A DNA stretch of 32,000 nt from Wallemia ichthyophaga EXF-994 (Eukaryota > Fungi > Basidiomycota): the NCBI RefSeq assembly GCF_000400465.1, contig NW_008806274.1:761588-793587 (forward strand), in the 5' to 3' direction. A model generated the notes under the pieces. The model had not been told where the DNA came from, made no database searches, and worked only from the letters and a program-made list of their open reading frames with translations. Made by a program: the position numbers and the translations under genes. Of the stretch, positions 1-10,160 are shown in pieces; the stretch's first letter is position 1; each line of letters begins with the position of its first letter.

Positions 1-156
1 ATATGACGGATACCCACCGAGGTTCTCTTCTTTCTTGATCTTTTCCTGCGTTTGCTTCTTGTTCTCGTGGAGGTGAGGGCTAGGTGAGCGTGTGGCTGCT
101 CGCTTTACGCCTGCTTCCTGTATTGGCGACGACGGCTCTTTCTTTAGATTTCCCAT
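1..156 (-). CDS. 5' end of a hypothetical protein running off the window start
   Basis: ATG at 156 (context acaATG) opens 52 stop-free codons to the window edge: MGNLKKEPSSPIQEAGVKRAATRSPSPHLHENKKQTQEKIKKEENLGGYPSY. No family recognised. Confidence 0.35.
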   Translation of the reverse strand, partial: MGNLKKEPSSPIQEAGVKRAATRSPSPHLHENKKQTQEKIKKEENLGGYPSY

Positions 157-691
157 TGTCGGTTTAGCGTTGCGTATTAATGAGCGAAGAATACTGGAGT
201 TACTGAAGAGAGCGGACGCGTTTCAGGACATTCTTGGAGCAAGGTTCAGTGACGTCAACTGAAGCCGAAAATATTAGCAATCACGATACAAAAATAAATC
301 AAAAAAAAGTCATAAAAATAGCAAAATAGATCTCAAATATTGGCTTTGGATGAGCTGCCGACGGCATCTCCGTACTCTTGCGTGTTCTCGAGCTGAGCCT
401 CAACATACTCTTAATGTTTGTCAAGAGTGTCTTGGTAGAATTCTTGGTTGAAAAGCTTCGATTTGTTGAAATCATCAACACTCTTATCATGCTCTATGTC
501 AGAGCTGTCTTAATTGCCACCAGTTTCCTTTGGAGCGTACCAGAGAGTTAGACGTGTACTTTCCCCAACACCATGATCTTACCACCCTACTCGGTGTCAG
601 TAGGATAAGCCTTGTAACAAATAACGGTGCTTAAATATTAGTCAGTCCTATACTGCGCTCTATTGGTAGAGAGCTTGATGTCCGTTTGCCA

Positions 692-895
692 TCACTGTAA
701 GTAGGATAGTCTGGGGTCGCTAGAAGCTGGCCTTACACTGGTTGAGCTTGAGCTTGGCATCAACTGGCCGTCGTTGTGCATCGTAGGAGGATCGACATCG
801 CTGTCTCGTGCGATTGCAGAGTATGCGACATGCGCAAGACCAATTGACATTGTGGACACAGTGAATAGACTATTGAAGACTTGAGTAAGGAGCAT
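692..895 (-). CDS. possible small secreted orphan protein (67 aa)
   Basis: ATG at 895 in context cacaatcgccATG. N-terminus MLLTQVFNSLFTVSTMSIGLAHVAYSAIA is uncharged and hydrophobic, followed by a polar Ser-rich tail. No homology recognised. Confidence 0.3.
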   Translation of the reverse strand: MLLTQVFNSLFTVSTMSIGLAHVAYSAIARDSDVDPPTMHNDGQLMPSSSSTSVRPASSDPRLSYLQ

Positions 896-1166
896 GGCGA
901 TTGTGTTGTGAAAAAGGAAGAAGACGCTAGAGCGCGTTTTGAAAACCCTTCCGAACAACTAGAAGCAATGTGAAATATTTCACCGCGCTCATGAGAATGG
1001 CTTTCCTTGAAGCTATGGGCTGAGTCATGAAAACATTGTGTGAAAGAAGCCAATGTCAGAGTGGAAGGATGTCAAAACGCCACCTCCATCATCGCAGTCT
1101 TGCCTTTAAAATACTCACTTTCCACACCACTCACCGCTCACACTGCCAAGTTTAAATGTATTGCAT

Positions 1167-2321
1167 CTATGCATCCGCTAAGAGACTATCCAACAAAGCA
1201 TCCTGTTCAGCAGTCTTGAGGTGATCCACAAACCAACTCAGCCCCACTCCGCTTTCGAAGAAAGACTGGAGGTCGCTGAGCGAGAGGTTAACTCTATGAT
1301 CAGTAATGCGAGATTGTGGGTAATTATAAGTTCTAATTTTATCGCTTCTATCCATATTCCCAATCTGACTAATGCGACCCTTCTTCCTCTCATCGATCTC
1401 ATCCTGCATTCTCTTACTGAGTAATCTCGACGAAAGGACCTGATAAGCGCGCTGACGATTCTGCTGCTGTGAGCGAGTATCCTGCATACTGACTTGTATG
1501 CCTGTGGGTATATGTGTCAATCGCACTGCGCTTTCTGTCTTATTGACATGCTGTCCACCTGCACCCCTCGCTCTCATCACCTCGAGCCGGACATCTTTCT
1601 CGTCGTAGAGGGCTTTCTCGGCCATCTTGTCCACTACAGGCATAACAAGGACGCCTATAGTGGAAGTATGCACGCGACCCTGCGTTTCTGTAAGAGGAAC
1701 TCTCTGCACTCTATGGACGCCTTTCTCGAAACGGAGCAAGGGCCATGTATCAGTCCCTTTTATTTCCAAAATCGCCTCTTTGATAGCGCCGCTGACCTCA
1801 TTGTTGACATACGTCGTGCTGAGCAGGGAGCTTGACCAGCGTTGCGAGTCGCTGAATGCTGTATACATCTTGAGCATATCCTGTACGAATAGAGCGGATT
1901 CAGAACCACCTACACCCGCCTTCAATTCTAGTAGGATTCCCTTGGGTGATAGCTGGCTGTGAGCGTTGGAGGCTAGAATGGCCTCAGTGAGGCTATTGTA
2001 GTTGGATTGAAGCACTGCGCTACACTCTTCCATCTCGGCTGCAGCCATCTCGCGCAAAATATCGTCCGGCTCGTCAGAAGCCATCTTCTCGGTTGTGTGG
2101 AGCGTATCCATCGACTGCTGGTAGCTGCTGTATAAATCTGGCAGCGTATCAAGCTCCTTGAGTCTGCGAGATCGAACTGCTAGCGTCTTGTTGTCGAGAT
2201 CGGATGACTTCTCAACCAACGACAGCCGCTCATCGAGGTACTTGTTCGCTAGCTTGAGTAGTTTATCGTGTCGTGTGTTTGCGCTGAGTGGACGCGCCCA
2301 TCTGCATAAACTCAATCTCAT
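1167..2321 (-). CDS. MRF1: mitochondrial peptide chain release factor 1 (class I, RF1 type)
   Basis: Intronless 384-aa ORF with Arg-rich presequence-like N-terminus, AGVGGSES, GVHRVQRVPLTETQGRVHTST (PxT), RARGAGGQHVNKTESAVRLTHIPTG (GGQ) and IRTYNYPQSRITDHR. Confidence 0.92.
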   Translation of the reverse strand: MRLSLCRWARPLSANTRHDKLLKLANKYLDERLSLVEKSSDLDNKTLAVRSRRLKELDTLPDLYSSYQQSMDTLHTTEKMASDEPDDILREMAAAEMEECSAVLQSNYNSLTEAILASNAHSQLSPKGILLELKAGVGGSESALFVQDMLKMYTAFSDSQRWSSSLLSTTYVNNEVSGAIKEAILEIKGTDTWPLLRFEKGVHRVQRVPLTETQGRVHTSTIGVLVMPVVDKMAEKALYDEKDVRLEVMRARGAGGQHVNKTESAVRLTHIPTGIQVSMQDTRSQQQNRQRAYQVLSSRLLSKRMQDEIDERKKGRISQIGNMDRSDKIRTYNYPQSRITDHRVNLSLSDLQSFFESGVGLSWFVDHLKTAEQDALLDSLLADA

Positions 2322-2429
2322 CCCAAGCTCAAGCTGATGATCGCAATTACGAATAGAATATGATTACATTGGAATTAAAGTATTTAGATAATTCAGTTTC
2401 TTTAAAAATTCTCAAGAGTTTTGAAACTC

Positions 2430-3706
2430 TCACTCTCCTCTCATCTCCTTCCCTTGGCTCACCTTGCTATCATTCTTAGACAACTTCCCAAACAAAATTT
2501 TCACATCCCCTTTGATACGCTGGCTGAAGCTGCGTTTCGGTGTGACTTTGCTGCTCTTTTGGCTGCTCACTTGGCTGCTGTCGTGGCTGTTCTCTTGCGC
2601 ATTCGCTTTTTCATTTTCTTGTGCACTTTCACGCGCATTCTCCTCGGTATTTTTCACTAGGTTAGCAGAAGAGGATGGAGGAGATACATTGTGGGCTGTC
2701 TTGTCAGTCGCTATGGTATTAGCCTGTTCAGACTTAGTCGACTTGGCCCCATCTGCGCTCTTACGTTGGGCATATTTGTTGGCTACAACAGCTGATGCAG
2801 CGCCGGCACCACCAACACCCGCAGTAACACCTGCCAATGCTTCTGTAGCTTTATTACTTTCTTGTTGCTTCTTTTCTTCTGTCTTCTTCTCGTTAAAGGT
2901 ATTCTCAACACGCGCAGCTGTTACGCCTTCAATGTGTGGTATCGTCGATGGCTCCGTCTGCAATTTCTCCAGAGTAGGGAATGTACCACTGGGAAATTCC
3001 ATTGGATTTGATAAAGTGGAGAATTTGGTGTGTTCATCTTGTGCTCTACTTGCCTTGGTTGACTCATTTGCTGCAAGACCTGCAGCCACACCCGTACCTG
3101 CGCCGACACTTGCGCCTGTCAAACCAGCAACAGCAGCAGCAGCTTTCTCTGAGTATTCTCCAAGCACACCTGGCTGAGTGTCATTTGCGAGGTCTTTCAC
3201 GGGTATGGATGGATCATGATCGTCTTGTTTGAGCTTCTCAGCAACTTCATGCAGATTGCTCGCTTCTTGATCGTTGGCTGATTTCGCAATATGATCTGCG
3301 TATGCGTCTACTTTCTGAGATGCTGTGTCGTACGCTCTCGCTGCTGCGTCTTTAGCCTGACCAGGGGCGTCTTTGAGGGACGCAGCGGATGCACCCGCGC
3401 CTGCTGTACCCGCTGAAGCGTATCCACCGGGCATTTTGGTGCTCAAGTCAGGGGTACTAGATTGCTTATGTTCATTCTGCTCCTTATCAGCGTTGGTAAT
3501 TGGATTTGAGAGGTTGGCGGTGGTGTTTGTGGTGCTTTCAACGCCCTCCGCACCATTTTCACCGCCAGTATCCCCAGCAACTCCAAGTGCGTCTAGGGAG
3601 TGTGAGAAATGTGATGATATGCGTGCGTATTCAGCCTACTCTGTACATCGTTAGCCCAATCATCAGAATTTTCTGGTGGCGTGTTTATTGCTGGTTTTTG
3701 GTTCAT
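2430..3706 (-). CDS. hydrophilic low-complexity (hydrophilin/LEA-like) hypothetical protein, about 409 aa
   Basis: The frame stays open upstream of the track start to an acceptor. Exons 3706-3640 (MNQKPAINTPPENSDDWANDVQ) and 3592-2430, intron 3639-3593 (GTAGGC...CCCTAG); total 1230 nt. Rich in A/S/T/E/K, basic C-terminus RSFSQRIKGDVKILFGKLSKNDSKVSQGKEMRGE. Confidence 0.75.
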
Positions 3707-3832
3707 CTTCGGTGTTATGATGGAAGCGTCAGCGCCTGCGTCTACGTCACTGGAAATTAAGACGCGTATTTGGAATTGAGGACGATGGAAATGGTTTAAA
3801 TTTTATTTTAACATTTCTACTTAAATTTAAGT

Positions 3833-5847
3833 TTATAATACATTTTTATCTAATTCACGTGTTATCACCATCCTCACCTCACGCAAAGTCATTGCCGATT
3901 TCCGCTTCGAAGGGCTGTCAACTTCTGTGCCTGTGAGCGGTGATTTGGGTGATTTGGGTGACTTTGGTGGGTGTGTTGTGCCACTACTAGCATTGTTTGG
4001 TGTGGTAGCGGCAAGCAGTGGGTGTGCACTTGGTGACGGTGGCACTATCGCGTGTCCAGCAGAGCCACTTAAACCGCTTAAACTTGTTGGCATCTCCAGA
4101 TACTCCACCCTATCTACCAACTTGAGGAAAACAAAATCCGGGCAAAGATTGCATAGCATCTTCAGCGAATCGCATGCTTCAGCTGTTTGTAGTTGTACTG
4201 ATCAGCACAGCACACTGTGATAAATTACTTCAAAACTCACCAGCTGACATTGCAACCTTGCTTGATTTGACAATCACAGTCGCAACCTCCTGCAATGGCC
4301 TCGCTCTTCTTTTGCGCGATGTTGGCGTCGGCAGACTGGCAGAAGGCGACGAAGGCACGTTTGAGACATTCGGGGCGAATAGCCTGTTATATAGTGTGAT
4401 GAGAAAGAGTGCTTTAAATGGTCGCAAACCCAAATTAAACCCACAAATAAACAGCTTCAGCAACAGCTGGTAATCTAGACAATCTACTGCGACGTTGGAA
4501 CACCTCCGACTTGACAGCGTGTGATTGTTTGTTGAACTCACTGCCTCCACCCAACTGCTCCTCTTTTGCCTTACGCTTTAGTTCCATCTTGGCTCGGACG
4601 CTGGCTTCGAGGTTCTTCTTGCGCTCCGCCATGGTCATAGTTGACGGAGCCTTGGTGGGCGTTGCCGGTGCTTCTTTGGATGGCGTTCTGAACACATCAT
4701 TCACATTACTCTCATCTTCCTCCGCCATCATTGTTTTGGCTTTCTTGAGCGAACGCGGTGGCGGTGAGGGTGACTTGACGCGTGCACGCTTGACTGGAGC
4801 AGTCTGCATCAATTTCTCAGCATTATTGTATGAAGCCATTCTCTTCAGTGCATCTGACGGTGTCTTCGGTCTGGTTTTCATAGGCAGCTGCGGTAATTGC
4901 TTTGAAGGCGTGTTTGTGACACTGCGCAGGAAGTCTCCCGGGTATACTTTTCTCTCAGAAGGCGACTGAGGCGTGCTGTCCTCTTTCTTGGCTTTCCCTT
5001 TAGATGCGGTGGATGGGGGTGTGAGGAGACCTGATCTGGTTATAGAGGAGGACAGTTGATTGGAGTGTGATTTGGGTGTTTTGGTGACATCTTCGAGCTG
5101 GCTATTCATCCATGTCTCGAACTGCTCATTAACCCAAGCTTTAGCCCTCTCTGTCACAATCTCTCTCCTCCTGTCTGTCTGTCGGAACCACTCATCTTTG
5201 GCTCTGGCAAAGTCTCTCATGACCCCAATCGCACCTTTTGCAGTCTTCTCCTCTTCGATAGCCACTTCCATACCAATAGAGTACTCTTTGACGCGTGTGG
5301 TGGCGATGATAAAGCCAATATCGTCGTTCCAGAGATATTTGAGTTTAGATAGAGTAGCTGGATTAAGGTTTTTGGAGCTAGCTGATGCGACGAGCTTCGA
5401 CAGCGTATCAAGATCGATGAGGGTATCAAAACGGAGGATGTGTAAACCTTGTTTGTAAGTCTTGAGTGAGGAATGCCCAGCTCTGTGAGATTCCGAAAAA
5501 GGCATGATTAGTGGAGGAGGCAAGGCTGAGGAAGTTGATAAGTGAATTCTGAACGCGTTCTCAACGGCATTGTGTAGATCGATAAGGCTCTCTACAGCAA
5601 CAGGCAGGCGTGAGTTGAGTTTTGAGCGCGTAGGGCGTGCAGGCGGTGCGTTGAGAGAGTATGAAGGGCAATGAGAGGATGAAGTGGTGGGTTGTGGCTC
5701 ATTAAAATCCTCTTCATCAGATGAAGGCAAATCCTCATCTAATAACCTGCGTTTGCCCTTGTTGGCGGGAGTGTTACGCGTTTGTTGAGCGAGTTTGAAG
5801 AATGGGCTGTCTTGCAAGTCGATATGGGCATTTCTAGGCGTTGGCAT
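3833..5847 (-). CDS. CDT1: DNA replication licensing factor Cdt1-like protein
   Basis: Exons 5847-4445, 4383-4241 and 4182-3833; introns 4444-4384 and 4240-4183. The spliced C-terminus (RSRLSRLPAVAEAVYLLF...VIVKSSKVAMSAAEACDSLKMLCNLCPDFV) resembles the fungal Cdt1 C-terminal winged helix. Many S/T-P-x-K sites (TPSK, TPTK, SPSK). Confidence 0.75.
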
Positions 5848-5856
5848 TGTAGAATA

Positions 5857-5862
5857 ACGCGT
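5857..5862. promoter_or_regulatory. MCB-like element (ACGCGT) in the 115-bp CDT1/RDI1 divergent gap
   Basis: Exact ACGCGT 9 bp beyond the CDT1 ATG. cdt1 is an MBF target in fission yeast. Several other ACGCGT hexamers occur in the window, so chance is possible. Confidence 0.35.
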
Positions 5863-5962
5863 AATTATAATAAATTGATTTCACTTGTGTGACGAGACGA
5901 CGAATGAGTTGGATGCGCTTGAACAAGAACCCAATCGACGACGATATCAACGATATTTAAAA

Positions 5963-6653
5963 ATGACTGAAAAGATTGACGATCAAGAGCTGCAGACATC
6001 TACAACGCCTGGATATAACCCTGGAGAGAAGAAGACGCTGGATGAGTACGCGCAGTTAGACTCAAACGATGAGTCATTGAACAAGTTTGTCTGGCTTTTG
6101 AAGCTTTATACATTCTAATCCACCCGCCTCAGATGGAAAGCTTCCCTTGGTATTGGTGCAGGCGCTGCGAATGAAAATGGCCCAAAGGTTGGTGTCATTG
6201 GTATCCATTTGACATATCCCCCTCACAACACACAACACACAGATTGAATTCATCAGCCTCTCGCTCGAATCAGCTACTCGCCCTGAACCAATCGTATTCA
6301 ACTTTGCAGAATTAGAAGGCAAAAAGGAACATATCAAGAAGAATCCTGTCTCTATAAAGGAAGGCACTGAGTACAACGTTAAATTAGACTTTAAGGTCAA
6401 CCACGACGTCATCTCTGGCTTGAGATACGTTCAGGTCGTCAAAAGAACTGGCATGACTGTCGACAAAATGGAAGAAATGGTTGGGTCGTACGGTCCTAGC
6501 CAAAATCCTTATGAGAAGAGATTTGCTACTGAGGAATCTCCTTCAGGAATGCTTGCTAGGGGTACTTACAGTGTCAGATCGCGTATCGTCGATGACGATG
6601 GCCATATCTACGTCGATTTCGACTGGGCATTCAAAATTTCTAAGGAGTGGTAA
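5963..6653 (+). CDS. RDI1: Rho GDP-dissociation inhibitor
   Basis: Introns 6085-6132 and 6188-6242. Spliced product has PGYNPGEKKTLDEYAQLDSNDESLNKWKASLG...IKEGTEYNVKLDFKVNHDVISGLRY...MVGSYGPS...SPSGMLARGTY...DWAFKISKEW. Confidence 0.95.
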
Positions 6654-6950
6654 TGGTTTATTATTCGATACTGCTCTATTACTCTCCTCGCTTTCTCACT
6701 TTCCACACTTTTCTCTCTTCACTTCTCCCACTTATATCACACCAATAACAAACACCCAGTTCTATGGAATATCAATACGAATATCTCCCTCTTTTTACTT
6801 TGAAATATCAAACGTATATCAAAATACATGTTAGATTTACAAAAAGCTGAATGAAAAATCTGACTTGATGGGAGTGATACAGTTGTGGAATGGTTTTGTC
6901 GATACATCCGGGTACAGCTAGCAAAACAACTTCACTTCAAGTGCCCACAT

Positions 6951-7182
6951 TTATTGATAGTTCTGCGCGTTGTAGGCATCCATGGCAGCTTGGTTCTTGA
7001 TTGTACCGCTTGATTGAGTTGGTGTAGCGTGAGCCTGGTAGATGTTTACCTAGTTATTGAGTTATTAAGGCATCTTACTTCCATGGCCAACTCACAGAAC
7101 GTGCTTTGTGCATGTTTGTAGGCGTTGGTACGGCAATTGCGATAGCAGCGATTGATAAGACAGCGTATCCGAATAATTTCAT
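6951..7182 (-). CDS. small secreted protein/peptide precursor (61 aa), absent from ORF track
   Basis: Exons 7182-7096 and 7049-6951, phase-0 intron 7095-7050 (GTGAGT...AACTAG). Product MKLFGYAVLSIAAIAIAVPTPTNMHKARSVNIYQAHATPTQSSGTIKNQAAMDAYNAQNYQ with a typical signal peptide. Confidence 0.75.
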
Positions 7183-7652
7183 TTTTAGGTTGTGAGGTGG
7201 GGGTTGTAGTTTTGGTTGCGATAGAAGAAAGAAACTATTCCATTATGGGCCTAATCTTTACCCAAATTTAAAATTTTCTTTGTGACTGCGGATAGTGAAA
7301 CGAAACAGAGTTGTGCTACTTGTGAGTGTTTGTGGATTTGAAACTGGTTAGGTTTGGTTAGCCAGCAACTCTTAACTCAGCCTTAGCTTCACATATCCAT
7401 ATTGGGTTTAATTGATCACTTCCTTTTCAGTCTGAGAAGATAGCTCGGATAGACATCAGCTGCAGATCATCAAATGCTGCTGAAAATATGCAGAGGAAGA
7501 AGCTGTCGATTAAAACTTACTGCAATCCTCACTTTCAAGACAATTTGCACACATCAACTCATCAAATCAAATCAAGTCGTAATTCATGTAATCGTTATTT
7601 GCTATCACATCTGAAAAGTGGGCTAATCACGCTGCGAAATGTTCAATTCAAT

Positions 7653-7925
7653 CTACTTCTGCAGTTGTTCGTCCACTTTGCCCAGCTTACCCATGTGGGA
7701 AGAAGGGCGAGAGCTTTCGAGGACTGCTGGATCGTTGGTGAACACGCGATCATCCTGTGTGTTGAGATTAGCAGGCTATCAACGACGTTGGCTGTTACCC
7801 ACCACGTTCAGAGTCTCTGCACCATCACCGCGAGAATTAGTCGTCGCTGTCGTTGTGTCTTTCTTCATTTCTCCTTCCTCGTTGCTGTTCTTAAGCTTGT
7901 TGAGCATATCCTTTGTAGTTTGCAT
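7653..7925 (-). CDS. small hydrophilic orphan protein (74 aa)
   Basis: Exons 7925-7803 and 7754-7653, intron 7802-7755 (GTGGGT...GCTAAT...ACACAG). Product MQTTKDMLNKLKNSNEEGEMKKDTTTATTNSRGDGAETLNVDDRVFTNDPAVLESSRPSSHMGKLGKVDEQLQK. A GTATGT...GCAG intron ends immediately before the ATG. Confidence 0.55.
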
Positions 7926-8342
7926 CTGCGTAGTGTGGCGTTAATTTAGCTCAATTGCGTCGAAACACAATCACATACTGTTTAGATGTTCGTTGTGAGA
8001 TATTAACCGTGGAAAGTCGTCTACGATTGTTCTCACCCTCTCTACACATGACATTACGCACTTGAGACATATGACGTTTTCATTTCTTTTCACACACTTA
8101 TCTTGTTCCATTGAATGTTTACAAGCGCGGTCAACGAGAGTATTTGCTACTGATGCTGAGCTTGTTTAATGCATAGCAAATGCATCCGTTGCTAGTCTGG
8201 TGATGATGCAACTGAATGTTGAATAGCTAGACTGGAAAGTAGCGGAATTTTACAAGGCTGGTAATTACTCAGCATCATACGGCTACTTAAGGAGTCAAAA
8301 GTGATGAAGATTTTCACCTGCTTATGGATTTGGTAAAAATAA

Positions 8343-8416
8343 CTCTCCGAGGTGGGCTCGAACCACCAACCTCCCGATTAACAGTCGGACGCGCTAGCCA
8401 ATTGCGCCATCGGAGA
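8343..8416 (-). tRNA. tRNA-Asn (anticodon GTT), intronless
   Basis: Cloverleaf folded by hand: acceptor TCTCCGA/TCGGAGA, D stem GCGC/GCGC, anticodon stem TCCGA/TCGGG with loop CTGTTAA, T arm GGTGG-TTCGAGC-CCACC, discriminator G. Confidence 0.97.
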
Positions 8417-9181
8417 TTTTTTACCTGTGCTAAAGCTATAGCCTAATTACACTGATTTTGTATTTCCCGCTCAAATTTTCATCGATTGTATGCTTTTCCA
8501 ACCGTTTTCGACTAATCGATTCATCTACACGCATTGCGCGTGGCACTGACGACAACATATCTCATAGAATTTCTTATGTAAAAGACACATAATGACCAGA
8601 ATCACATTAAAAAGAAAGATTACCAAGATCAATATTCAGTTTGAATTAGGTCCAATACTCAGAAATTTACACTCTATACAAGCCCTTTACGAGGTCTTCA
8701 AACCGCAATTGACTACGTACCAAAGATTCTCCGGTAATTTAGCGTAACTGAGAACCACCAACAATTTACAATTTACGACAATAGTCGAGAAACGCTTCCA
8801 GCAAATTTGGTACCCCCTTGAGTCCTCATGCTTTAAGAAATATTGATGGACGCAATTTTAAACATGTATGGTCTTAACAATATCTTCAGATCTCATCATC
8901 ATCATCATGTTTTTGCAAGCTCGTATGGTAATTCATCAGATTCCGAAATCTTCAAAAACACGCACATCATCTTTAAACTCTCAATTTGTTCCGGTCGTAC
9001 GTCGATGCTATTCGCTGTCACTGTGATGATACCTGGCTATCGCCAGACGGGCCTAGCACCGTCCACCCTTAGATAAAGACCCTATAATGTAGCTGCCATG
9101 CTTTACTTTTGTTCAATGCTACCTTTGCCGCTGCTAAAGACCACATCCACACGTCCTCAGGCCTAACCTCGTCTCACAAGA

Positions 9182-9781
9182 ATGGTCACGTTCCAAATAT
9201 CTGCAGTACGCTGCGCAATATACAGTATCCTGTCAGCAGTAGTGATAGCTTATTTTATACCTAATAAATTCATTACCAATCTCAAAAGTATAGCTGCAAC
9301 GGTAGTAGCTGCGTCACTTTTCCAACACCTAAGTAAATACAGCCTAGCAGCGGATAGTCGATGGTATTCACCCCCGGATCATAACAAAGTGCCTTGAATT
9401 ACCGCCAGCATCCTCTTAACGACTCTTATACTTCGAGATATTATCTTTAGTCGGACGTCAAACACACCTAGGCCACAAATGAAGAGTAAAATAATAACGC
9501 TAATGGTTAAATTTCTGATGGAATGCTTTTATAGGAGTTTCTTTGTGTGTTTCCCATCTTGGTTTGTCACATTGTATGTGAGAGATCGGCTGCTAATGGA
9601 AACGTATGCTTATCTTATTGCTTTATTATCGGTTGCATGGGTTGGATTGCGCGGTTTTATAGCTCTACTAGAGACTTACAGGGAAGGAAAGCAAGGGACA
9701 ACAGCGGCAGACGAGAATGCCATATCATTAGAGAATAACGGCGATTTCGAGAAGGTTAGTAAGCTCGCTGTTTATAACTGA
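9182..9781 (+). pseudogene. multi-pass membrane orphan protein, copy 1, interrupted by one in-frame TGA (9395-9397); pseudogene, spliced-around or recoded
   Basis: Track ORFs 9182-9397 and 9479-9781 are in the same frame, separated only by TGA, and the linker ITASILLTTLILRDIIFSRTSNTPRPQ is open. It aligns with 10161-10715 on both sides of the stop. Confidence 0.6.
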
Positions 9782-10160
9782 ATATCACACCGTGCATCAA
9801 GTGTAATCCCTCTAGATGTCGCTATAAATGTCTCTAAATTAAAGCATAATGAGACCTTGATACATGTTAAAACAGCATAATGAAATCCTAATACCTAACA
9901 TTAGGGCGCAGACATTAAGCATTGCATTTATCAGCGCCGCGTCGACTTGCTTTTGACCGATTTGGAAACCTTATGGTGTTGACAAATAAAGTACTTGGCA
10001 GCAAATACAAGCACTAAGTATTACCAACGCACTCTTTTGTGTTTCAAACGCATCTGTACTCGCCTGGATTCTTTACTTTTAAATGAGTCCATATCGATAA
10101 AATTCGAAGCTCGCCCGAGCCCCGCGCGCATCCAGGCCGGCTAAAATCTCGTTCTTTTCT

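Noticed and set aside
1167-2321. Idea that the release factor gene is linked to the nearby in-frame stops
   Set aside because: It is a bacterial-type RF1 with a mitochondrial presequence and does not act on cytosolic mRNAs.
2464-3177. 237-aa plus-strand ORF and many other track ORFs overlapping real genes (for example 4511-4969, 7488-7949, 14088-14660, 17454-18143)
   Set aside because: These are antisense or alternate-frame shadows of biased coding sequence, often with non-ATG starts and no recognisable motifs.
8151-8277. Perfect 10-bp inverted repeat TGATGCTGAG...CTCAGCATCA with an internal GTGATGA (C-box-like)
   Set aside because: A 10-bp inverted repeat at this spacing is expected by chance a few times in 32 kb. 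There is no suitably placed D box or consistent fold, so an ncRNA is not supported.
8843-9076. 77-aa ORF with a His run, in frame with membrane copy 1
   Set aside because: The His run is a (CAT)5 microsatellite, two TAA stops separate it from 9182, and there is no convincing similarity to copy 2.
9395-9397. Selenocysteine interpretation of the TGA aligned with Cys
   Set aside because: UGA/Cys alignment is the classic selenoprotein signature. However, Sec machinery is reported only from some early-diverging fungi, not Dikarya, the Cys is not in a redox motif, and I identified no SECIS. It is kept only as a remote alternative, testable by searching the genome for tRNA-Sec, EFSec and SBP2.
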